This document shows positions 1-6,361 of a stretch of 64,000 nucleotides of DNA, piece by piece (position 1 is the first letter of the stretch; the number at the start of each line of letters is the position of its first letter). Position numbers and translations under genes: made by a program. This DNA is from Gemmatimonadota bacterium (GTDB lineage: Bacteria; Gemmatimonadota; Gemmatimonadetes; Palauibacterales; Palauibacteraceae). Where the stretch lies: contig JAJDWE010000001.1 in assembly GCA_022825725.1 (NCBI GenBank), forward strand, positions 7,243-71,242, written 5' to 3'. The notes under the pieces are model-generated. The model saw only the letters and a program-made list of their open reading frames with translations. It was not told where the DNA came from and made no database searches.

Positions 1-470
1 GCGCTCCCCACGTGCGCCCACCACGCCCAGCTGTTCTCCCGGCTCGCCGCGGCTGTGAGGATGAAGAGTCCCGTGAGGACGAGGACGCCGCCCACGAGTC
101 CCATCCCGATCCCCGTCAGGATCGAGGCGCGATGCTTCCGCTTCCACACCGTCGGCAGGTGCGCGGCGAGAAACCCGAACATGATCGCGGCCAGCAGGAG
201 CCCCACGCCGGTGTGCGTGAGCACCATCGCCTGGAACAGCTCCGGGAGGGAGTTCTCCCCCACCGCGAAGAACTCGAGCCCGAGCCCGTCCGCGAGCCGG
301 TTCGCGAGCAGGTAGAGCGTGTTCGCCAGCATGAAGACGGCCACGCCGAGCCCGAAGCGGAGCCAGCGCCGCTGCCCCGTCCCGAGGATGGAGGGCAGCA
401 CCCGCCTCTCCGGTCGGGCGTCCGAACCGCTCCCGGTCTCCTGCCCCTTATCCCGTCCTCTTCCGCTCAT
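1..470 (-). CDS. hypothetical integral membrane protein, N-terminal part (reading frame runs off the left edge)
   Basis: Minus-strand frame is open from ATG (470-468) to position 1 with no stop. It is absent from the ORF track because it is truncated. My translation is MSGRGRDKGQETGSGSDARPERRVLPSILGTGQRRWLRFGLGVAVFMLANTLYLLANRL...ILTGIGMGLVGGVLVLTGLFILTAA. It has several hydrophobic helices and strong G/C third-position bias. Preferred over the R/P-rich + ORF 12..545. Confidence 0.45.
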   Translation of the reverse strand, partial: MSGRGRDKGQETGSGSDARPERRVLPSILGTGQRRWLRFGLGVAVFMLANTLYLLANRLADGLGLEFFAVGENSLPELFQAMVLTHTGVGLLLAAIMFGFLAAHLPTVWKRKHRASILTGIGMGLVGGVLVLTGLFILTAAASRENSWAWWAHVGS

Positions 471-636
471 GCCTCAACGAGACTGCACGACGCAAACCGG
501 CGCAACGTCGGAGGTCACTCGGTAGCCGCTTTGACGACGCGGTGATGAAACCCGGCATCGTTCGTTCGAACCCCATGCACGATACCTTGCCTGCCTTCGC
601 AGGTCCGCAGAACTCAACGAGGAGCACGCCCCGGGA

Positions 637-1443
637 ATGAAGCTGCTGGTTATCGCCGGTCCGAACGGTGCCGGCAAAACGACGTTTTCACGACGATACC
701 TGCAGTTTGCAGGGGCCGAGATCCCGTTCGTAAACGGCGACGAAATCGCGGCAGGTTTGAATTCGGAAGCCCCCGAAGCGGCCGCGCAACAAGCTGGCCG
801 GATCGCGCTCAAGCGGATGGAATCATACGCGGCGCAGCGAATGGACTTCGCTTTCGAGACCACCCTGAGTGGCCGGAGCTATGCGCGCCGCCTCATCAGG
901 TGGCGTGAGCACGGCTACCGGATCGGCATGGTCTACCTTCGGCTCCCCTCGGCGCAACACGTCGTCAGACGGGTCGCGCGGCGCGTGCGCGAGGGCGGCC
1001 ACGACATCCCCGAGCCCGTCGCCCGCCGCCGGTTCGAGCGAAGCTGGCGCAACTTCGTCGAATTGTATCGCCCGATTGCAGATGAATGGCTGGTCTACGA
1101 CACTTCGAGCCGGTCCCCGACCCTCGTCGCCGCCTCGGAGCGGGCCGACATTCTGCCGCTGATTCCTGACCGTTGGCGCATGCGGGAGGTTCCGGCCGCG
1201 TCGGGCGCGGGCGTGCGGGAAGCGTCGGCCCGGCGAGATGATTCCACAGGGAGAGACGCCGTGACGAAGGATGCAACGCAGGCTCCGGACAGGTTCCCGG
1301 AGGGAGAGCCGTCGATCAAAAACGTGACGATGGCACTAATGCAAGCGCGCGACGACGCGCTGGCCCGCGCCGAGGCGGTTCGGCGACGCGACGCCGAGGC
1401 CGCGCAAGCTGAAAAGGCGTCGCCCGCCACAGAAGGCAGATAA
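637..1443 (+). CDS. zeta-toxin-family P-loop kinase/ATPase (COG4185-like) with a charged C-terminal extension of about 80 aa
   Basis: Walker [10 protein letters not shown] near the N-terminus. The core (about 185 aa: [22 protein letters not shown]...VNGDEIA...[10 protein letters not shown]...YLRLPS...[15 protein letters not shown]) looks like zeta/AAA kinase toxins. The tail ([14 protein letters not shown]...[20 protein letters not shown]) is low complexity. Confidence 0.7.
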   Translation: MKLLVIAGPNGAGKTTFSRRYLQFAGAEIPFVNGDEIAAGLNSEAPEAAAQQAGRIALKRMESYAAQRMDFAFETTLSGRSYARRLIRWREHGYRIGMVYLRLPSAQHVVRRVARRVREGGHDIPEPVARRRFERSWRNFVELYRPIADEWLVYDTSSRSPTLVAASERADILPLIPDRWRMREVPAASGAGVREASARRDDSTGRDAVTKDATQAPDRFPEGEPSIKNVTMALMQARDDALARAEAVRRRDAEAAQAEKASPATEGR

Positions 1444-1450
1444 CGGCACG

Positions 1451-2416
1451 ATGAATACAGAGACCGTCGTCATCATCGGCTCGGGCCCCGCGGCGTGGAC
1501 GGCGGCGATCTACGCGGCCCGGGCGAATCTCGGTCCGCTCGTGTTCGAGGGCGCGGGGAGCCGCACGATGATCCCCGGCGGACAGCTCATGTTCACGACG
1601 GATGTAGAGAACTATCCCGGTTTCCCCGAAGGGGTTAGCGGCATCGACATGATGTTGGACTTCAAGAAGCAGGCGGTGCGCTTCGACACGCGCGTCTTCA
1701 CCGAGGACATCGTCGAGGTGGACTTCTCCAATCGACCCTTCCTTCTGCGCTCGAGCGGGAAGCAGGAGGTGCGCGCGGAGACAGTGATCGTGGCGACGGG
1801 CGCCAACGCGCGCTGGCTGGGCGTGCCGGGCGAGGAACGGCTCGCGCAGAGCGGCGGCGGCGTATCCGCGTGCGCGGTGTGCGACGGCGCCCTGCCCGCC
1901 TTTCGGGACCAGGTTCTGGCCGTCGTCGGGGGTGGCGACAGCGCCATGGAGGAAGCGCTCTACCTCACGAAATTCGCGAGCGAGGTCCTGCTCATCCACC
2001 GGCGCGACGAACTGCGGGCCTCGCAGATCATGCAGGAGCGGGCCTTCGCCAGCGACAAGATCCGCTTCCTCTGGAACTCGACCGTGGAGGAGGTGCTGGG
2101 GGACGACGTGATCGTCGGCCTCCGCCTCCGCGACACCGTGTCGGGCGAGGCGTCCGAGATCGAGGTGGGCGGGATGTTCGTGGCCATCGGCCACATCCCC
2201 AACACGGAGTTCCTGCGAGGCCAGGTCGACCTCAAGGAGAACGGCTACGTGGAGATGCCCACACCGTGGCGGACGGAGACGAACGTGCCCGGCGTGTTCG
2301 CGGCCGGCGACGTCATGGACGACTACTACCGGCAGGCGGTGTCGGCGGCGGGCACGGGCTGCATGGCCGCGCTGGACGCCGAGCGCTTTCTCGCCCACAA
2401 CGGCGCCGGCGGCTGA
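1451..2416 (+). CDS. trxB: thioredoxin-disulfide reductase
   Basis: FAD motif [15 protein letters not shown], redox-active CAVCDG, NADPH motif [10 protein letters not shown]; 321 aa, typical TrxB length. Confidence 0.95.
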   Translation: MNTETVVIIGSGPAAWTAAIYAARANLGPLVFEGAGSRTMIPGGQLMFTTDVENYPGFPEGVSGIDMMLDFKKQAVRFDTRVFTEDIVEVDFSNRPFLLRSSGKQEVRAETVIVATGANARWLGVPGEERLAQSGGGVSACAVCDGALPAFRDQVLAVVGGGDSAMEEALYLTKFASEVLLIHRRDELRASQIMQERAFASDKIRFLWNSTVEEVLGDDVIVGLRLRDTVSGEASEIEVGGMFVAIGHIPNTEFLRGQVDLKENGYVEMPTPWRTETNVPGVFAAGDVMDDYYRQAVSAAGTGCMAALDAERFLAHNGAGG

Positions 2417-2458
2417 CGACGGTCCGGGCGTCCCGGCTCCGAGCCGCGGCGCCGCGCG

Positions 2459-2881
2459 TCACCCATCGGGCATCCGGGTCGGGATGCGTTGGCGTTTGCT
2501 TCTGCGGTAGATCCTGAAATCGCCGTCCAGGGTGAGGACCACGCTGCCGGGGTGCTGCTCGGACATCCGGACGAGGCACGCATCCGCCAGGGACATCGGT
2601 ACGTCGTCGTACTTCTTCATCATCCGCGCGACCGCGGCGGCCTCATCCGCCAGCCGGAACGACACGTCGAGCACCCCCCGCTCGACCAGCGAGACCACGG
2701 CTTCCGGTGCCCCGGAGGCGAGACGGTGCGCGAGGAAGCACGCCTCGGCGATGACGGCTTCGCAGGTGAGGAAGGGGGGCTCGACGCGGGCCCATTGTTC
2801 CCGTGCCCAGCGGTGATGTCCGTCCCGGGAGTTCAGGAAGGCGATCAGCGGGCCCGTATCGAGGATGGTCCCGCAGTTCAC
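2459..2881 (-). CDS. vapC: PIN-domain ribonuclease toxin VapC
   Basis: The track ORF 2459..3205 is over-extended. A GTG at 2881 overlaps the antitoxin stop (GTGA). The 140-aa product has the PIN acidic residues in ILDTGP, CEAVIAEA, LADACL and TLDGDF. Confidence 0.8.
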   Translation of the reverse strand: MNCGTILDTGPLIAFLNSRDGHHRWAREQWARVEPPFLTCEAVIAEACFLAHRLASGAPEAVVSLVERGVLDVSFRLADEAAAVARMMKKYDDVPMSLADACLVRMSEQHPGSVVLTLDGDFRIYRRSKRQRIPTRMPDG

Positions 2882-3117
2882 CGGCCGAAGCCACGCATGT
2901 AGTCCGGGTTCTCTGACAGGTCCTCGGGCCCGGCGAAGGCGCCGGCGAGATCGACGGCCCGGGACAGGGCGGAGACGGGGGGCGCGCTCCTCTCCCTGCG
3001 CAGAAAGACCTCGAGAGCCTCGCGGATCAGCGCGGATCTGCTCACGCCCCGCCGGCGCGCGGCCACGGAGACCTCCCGGGCGAGGTGTCCCGGCATCTTC
3101 AACGATATGGGCTTCAT
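2878..3117 (-). CDS. vapB: ribbon-helix-helix (CopG/VapB-type) antitoxin
   Basis: MKPISLKMPGHLAREVSVAARRRGVSRSALIREALEVFL is a typical RHH N-terminus. GGGAGG lies about 9 nt upstream of the ATG at 3117, an internal Met of track ORF 2878..3147. The stop overlaps the vapC start. Confidence 0.75.
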   Translation of the reverse strand: MKPISLKMPGHLAREVSVAARRRGVSRSALIREALEVFLRRERSAPPVSALSRAVDLAGAFAGPEDLSENPDYMRGFGR

Positions 3118-3137
3118 TCCGGCTGAATCCCTCCCGT

Positions 3138-3205
3138 TGTAATACAATTATGCGTACTACCATATTATCGCATTGAGTATTACACAGGTTGCCACGGGCC
3201 GTCAA
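3138..3205 (-). promoter_or_regulatory. putative sigma70-like promoter plus inverted-repeat operator of the vapBC module
   Basis: AT-rich island in a GC-rich genome. On the minus strand: TTGACG (3205-3200), 17-nt spacer, TAATAC (3182-3177). A perfect 8-bp inverted repeat TGTAATAC (3138-3145) / GTATTACA (3177-3184) overlaps the -10 box and brackets the region just upstream of the RBS. Confidence 0.4.
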
Positions 3206-3241
3206 TTCGGCGTCACGCGACGGCGGCGACGCTCCTGCGGC

Positions 3242-4771
3242 TCACCAGAAGATGATGTAGAGGACGGCCGCTCCCGCGATCACGCCTCCGGCCCAGAAGC
3301 CGGCGCGCGGGGCCGGTGTCAGATCCACGCCATCCGCGGTACGCGGCAGCCGGCGAGGGGCTGCGAGCGGACGTGCGCGGGTCACGAGGACGATCCAGGC
3401 GCTGATCGCGAGGAAGGTGATCGCCATGTGGTGGAGGAACGCGACCTCCGGCAGCAGCCACAGGAGGAGGCCGTAGACGGGGATCCCGAGCACCATCCCC
3501 CCGAAGGCCGCAACCGGCGGCGTGCGCGGCGCGAAGATGCCGAACAGGAACGCGGCCACGATCCCCGGCGAGATGAACCCCCAGAACATCTGGATGTACT
3601 CGAACACGCTCGGCGCCCGGGCCACGATCGGCGCCCACAGGCAGGCAACGACCGCGAGCACGCCCGTCGTCACGCGTCCCACCACCATCAGCCGCCGCGA
3701 CGAGGCACCGGGTCGCAGGTGCCGCTTGTAGAGGTCGACGCTGAAGATCGTCGCCGCCGAGTTCAGCATGGAGTCGAGCGAACTCATAACGGCCCCGAAC
3801 AGCGCCGCGAACATGAGGCCGGTCAGCCCGGCCGGGAGGAGTTCCCGCATCATCACGGGATAGGCCTGATCCGGGTGCGTCACCTGATCCGCGAACAGCT
3901 CCGCCGCCATGATCCCGGGGAAGATGATGATGAACGGGATCCCCAGCTTGATGAAGCCCGCCAGGAAGAGCCCCCGCTGCCCGTCCGCCAGGCTGCGCGC
4001 CGCGAGCGTGCGCTGCGTGATGAACTGGTTCAGTCCCCAGTAGAAGATGTTGGGGATCCACAGGCCGCCGATGAAGACGGCGAGCCACGGCATCTCGGGG
4101 TGGTTGAAGGGGAGGACCGTATGGAGCTTCCCGTCCGCCGCCTCGAGGAAGGGGCCGATGCCGCCCATGGCCCGGAACCCGAGGATGGTGACGAGCACGC
4201 CGCCGAGGAGGAGCGCGACGCCCTGGAGGAGGTCGGACCATACGACCGCCTTGAGTCCGCCGTAGATCGTGTAGCCGCCCGCGAGCACGCCGATGAGCCA
4301 GATGCCGGCCGACACATCGAGGCCGAAGATCGACTCCAGCGCGAGCGCGCCCGAGTACAGCACCGTCGCGAGGGCCACGAGCACGTACGCCGCGAGGATG
4401 AAGCCCGCCATCAGCGTGCGCGTGCGCACATCGTACCGGAACTCGAGGTACTCCGGGATGGTGTAGATCCCGGCCGCGAGAAACCGGGGGAGAAAAAAGA
4501 GGCCGACGAGGACGAGCGTGACGGCCGCCATCCATTCGTAGCTCGCGATCGCGAGGCCGATGTCGTAGCCCCGCCCCGCCATCCCCACGAAGTGCTCCGT
4601 GGAGGTGTTCGAGGCGATGAGCGAGAAGCCGATCAGCCACCACGGCAGGTTGCGCCCCGCGAGGAAGTATCCGGCCGCGTCGCGCCGCCCGCGCGAGGCG
4701 TAAAGCGACACCCCCACCACGAGCAGCAGAAACCCCGCAAAGGCCGCCACATCAAGCGGCTGAAAGGTCAT
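3242..4771 (-). CDS. sodium:solute symporter family (SSF/SGLT-like) transporter
   Basis: 509 aa, about 13 hydrophobic helices. The N-terminus YFLAGRNLPWWLIGFSLIASNTSTEHFVGMAG and GGLKAVVWSDLLQG are typical SSF signatures. Confidence 0.9.
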   Translation of the reverse strand: MTFQPLDVAAFAGFLLLVVGVSLYASRGRRDAAGYFLAGRNLPWWLIGFSLIASNTSTEHFVGMAGRGYDIGLAIASYEWMAAVTLVLVGLFFLPRFLAAGIYTIPEYLEFRYDVRTRTLMAGFILAAYVLVALATVLYSGALALESIFGLDVSAGIWLIGVLAGGYTIYGGLKAVVWSDLLQGVALLLGGVLVTILGFRAMGGIGPFLEAADGKLHTVLPFNHPEMPWLAVFIGGLWIPNIFYWGLNQFITQRTLAARSLADGQRGLFLAGFIKLGIPFIIIFPGIMAAELFADQVTHPDQAYPVMMRELLPAGLTGLMFAALFGAVMSSLDSMLNSAATIFSVDLYKRHLRPGASSRRLMVVGRVTTGVLAVVACLWAPIVARAPSVFEYIQMFWGFISPGIVAAFLFGIFAPRTPPVAAFGGMVLGIPVYGLLLWLLPEVAFLHHMAITFLAISAWIVLVTRARPLAAPRRLPRTADGVDLTPAPRAGFWAGGVIAGAAVLYIIFW

Positions 4772-4781
4772 TCGCGAAAGG

Positions 4782-5195
4782 TCAACCGTCCGGATATGCG
4801 AACGGGTTGAAGGTCTTCACGCCGAGTCGCTCGAAGTCCCGGACGTTGCGGGTCGCCACGGTCAGCCGGTTCGCGATGGCTGCGGCGCCGATCATGGCAT
4901 CCTGGAGGAGCGTATCCGATTGCCGGTGCATAAGCCTCGCCCATTCGCGGAACGTGGACGCGTCCACCGGCAGCACGTCGTACGTATCGAGCACCTTGTC
5001 GAGCCACGTCTCAAGTTCCGCGGCCTTGGCGGGATCCTGCTCGCGCGTGATTTCGATTCCGGCCTGAATCTCGCCGATCGTTACCGCGGACAGACGCAGA
5101 TCCGCGTCCGGAACCTCTCGAAACCACGCCAGAACGCCGCCGTGCGGTCTCGGACGCCGCAACTCCGAGACGATGTTCGTATCGAGCAGGAACAC
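4782..5195 (-). CDS. vapC: PIN-domain toxin (VapC/FitB-like)
   Basis: The GTG at 5195 is preceded by GGAG and lies 4 nt after the antitoxin stop. The product starts VFLLDTNIVSELRRPRP..., a classic VapC/FitB N-terminus, and later has TRNVRDFERLG. The track ORF 4782..5279 is over-extended. Confidence 0.8.
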   Translation of the reverse strand: MFLLDTNIVSELRRPRPHGGVLAWFREVPDADLRLSAVTIGEIQAGIEITREQDPAKAAELETWLDKVLDTYDVLPVDASTFREWARLMHRQSDTLLQDAMIGAAAIANRLTVATRNVRDFERLGVKTFNPFAYPDG

Positions 5196-5199
5196 TCCG

Positions 5200-5460
5200 C
5201 TATTCGAAGTCCGGGGCCGGCCGCTGCCGGATCTCGCGGCGTGGCGGCACGAGCGTGTCCGTACGGGCCTCCGGCGCAAGCAGCAGGTCCTTGAGGGTCG
5301 GCTTTGCCATCGTCTCCAATCGGCGCCAGTAGTCGACGGGAATCAGGACGGCGGTCTCGACCCCCCGTTTCGTGACAATCTGCGGTCCGTGCGTCAACGC
5401 GGTCTCAAGGAACGCGCTGAAGCGCGCCTTCGCTTCCTGAACCTGCCACGTGTTGTTCAT
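5200..5460 (-). CDS. Phd/YefM-family antitoxin
   Basis: MNNTWQVQEAKARFSAFLETALTHGPQIVTKRGVETAVLIPVDYWRRLE matches the Phd/YefM N-terminal fold pattern. GGAGGATCG sits directly before the ATG. Confidence 0.8.
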   Translation of the reverse strand: MNNTWQVQEAKARFSAFLETALTHGPQIVTKRGVETAVLIPVDYWRRLETMAKPTLKDLLLAPEARTDTLVPPRREIRQRPAPDFE

Positions 5461-5478
5461 CGATCCTCCGGAACCCGT

Positions 5479-5504
5479 TCTGACTAGACCTCAGACTAGT
5501 CTGA
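5479..5504. promoter_or_regulatory. palindromic operator-like site upstream of the phd/vapC module
   Basis: A perfect 14-nt palindrome TCAGACTAGTCTGA (5491-5504) is directly adjacent to the related half-site copy TCTGACTAGACC (5479-5490). It lies 19-44 nt upstream of the antitoxin ATG. Confidence 0.4.
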
Positions 5505-5534
5505 TGCCATCGCGCTGGCAACCCGGTCCCCGGT

Positions 5535-5768
5535 CTAGCGCCCGGCGTCATTACGCAACGAGTCGCGGATGGCCTGCTGTGCTTCTTCGTGCAGGCTCAC
5601 GGGCACGCGGAGGACCTTCGCGGCCGCCGTCGGGCCCCAGGACACCGGCGCGAACTCGCCCTCGACCCTGAAGGGGATGTCGCGCGCCTCGAGGGCGAGC
5701 CTTGCCGCGAGGAGTTCCGTCTCGTCCCACGCCTCGAACACGCGGACCATGTCATCGCCGCGCGTCAT
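5535..5768 (-). CDS. DUF2007-like small protein (putative signal-transducing protein fold)
   Basis: The internal Met at 5768 overlaps the stop of the upstream OsmC-family gene (ATGA). The product MTRGDDMVRVFEAWDETELLAARLALEARDIPFRVEG...LRVPVSLHEEAQQAI resembles DUF2007. Confidence 0.55.
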   Translation of the reverse strand: MTRGDDMVRVFEAWDETELLAARLALEARDIPFRVEGEFAPVSWGPTAAAKVLRVPVSLHEEAQQAIRDSLRNDAGR

Positions 5769-6235
5769 GACCGAGTCGGCGTCTCTTCGATGTCGGCGGT
5801 CCACGTCACCTTGATCGCGCCCTCCAGCGAGCGGGCGGTGGGGCACTTCGCGCCGTGGCCGGCGAGCGCGCGGTCCACCGTCTCCCGAGCCTCGGCGGGA
5901 ATTCGGAGACGGTAGTGGACGATGATCTCCTCCAGCGTGGGCATGCGGTCGCGGAGGCGGTTGATCCCCTCCACTTCGGCGGCGATGTCTTCGGGGGCCA
6001 GGCGGATGCCGCGCACTTCCAGTGCGCCGTTGAGCGTGCCCAGCATTCAGGCGCCGGTCGCGGCCACCTGGTAGTCGACGGGGAGCGGCAGGTCCTTCGC
6101 GTCGATCCGGTAATGGGATTTGATGGGTCCGTGGACGCCGAAGTCGATCTCGGTCCCCTCTTCGAGGCGGGCCCGGCGGTGCACTCCCCCGACCTTCTCG
6201 AGACGCGCGCGGGCGGTGTAGAACGGTTCGGACAC
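5765..6235 (-). CDS. OsmC/Ohr/YhfA-family protein with an in-frame TGA (6049-6047) at the first conserved Cys position; candidate selenoprotein
   Basis: Track ORFs 6047..6337 and 5765..6046 share one frame and are separated only by a TGA. The start is proposed at GTG 6235, 6 nt after GGAG. The joined 156-aa product reads ...LPVDYQVAATGA[TGA]MLGTLNGALEVRGI...GHGAKCPTARSLEG..., which gives OsmC-family length and both conserved Cys regions. Confidence 0.6.
6011..6027 (-). promoter_or_regulatory. SECIS-like stem-loop downstream of the in-frame UGA
   Basis: The mRNA reads UGA, then 19 nt, then GCGCAC-UGGAA-GUGCGC (6-bp G/C-rich stem, 5-nt loop with G at loop position 2). Spacing and loop fit the loose bacterial SECIS description. 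Confidence 0.4.
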
Positions 6236-6361
6236 GACGTTCTCCTTGTTCTTCCTGTTCCCCTTCGTGGGCTCACCTTTACGGACGCGCCTTCCCTGCC
6301 GCATTTTCGGGCGGCGAGATTCGGGCGTGACGCGCAAACGAAACGATCGAGAGCGGCCAGA

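Noticed and set aside
12-545. 177-aa + strand ORF at the left edge
   Set aside because: The translation is R/P/E/H-rich. The minus strand gives a hydrophobic membrane protein with better codon bias, starting at 470.
545-640. 31-codon ORF overlapping the zeta-like gene start by ATGA (possible mini-antitoxin)
   Set aside because: G/C at the third position is only about 70 percent, against near 90 percent in the neighbouring genes. The peptide ([31 protein letters not shown]) has no helical or DNA-binding character and no visible RBS. It is kept only as a caveat in the zeta finding.
3173-4810. 545-aa + strand ORF and 476-aa alternative minus-frame ORF over the symporter gene
   Set aside because: Frame 3242..4771 (minus) gives a 13-helix SSF transporter. 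The other frames are R/E/D/P-rich nonsense.
6047-6049. Alternative readings of the in-frame TGA: a pseudogene, or two independent small genes
   Set aside because: Not fully excluded. A pseudogene is disfavoured because coding bias is intact on both sides, the family Cys aligns with the stop, a hairpin follows at SECIS-like distance, and the downstream coupling (ATGA) is intact. Two half-OsmC genes would each lack half of the fold. The ATG right after the TGA does leave re-initiation as a formal possibility.
5855-6361. N-terminal 169-aa extension of the DUF885 ORF (track start 5855)
   Set aside because: It overlaps the OsmC-family gene on the opposite strand. The internal Met at 6362 gives a proper lipoprotein signal peptide.
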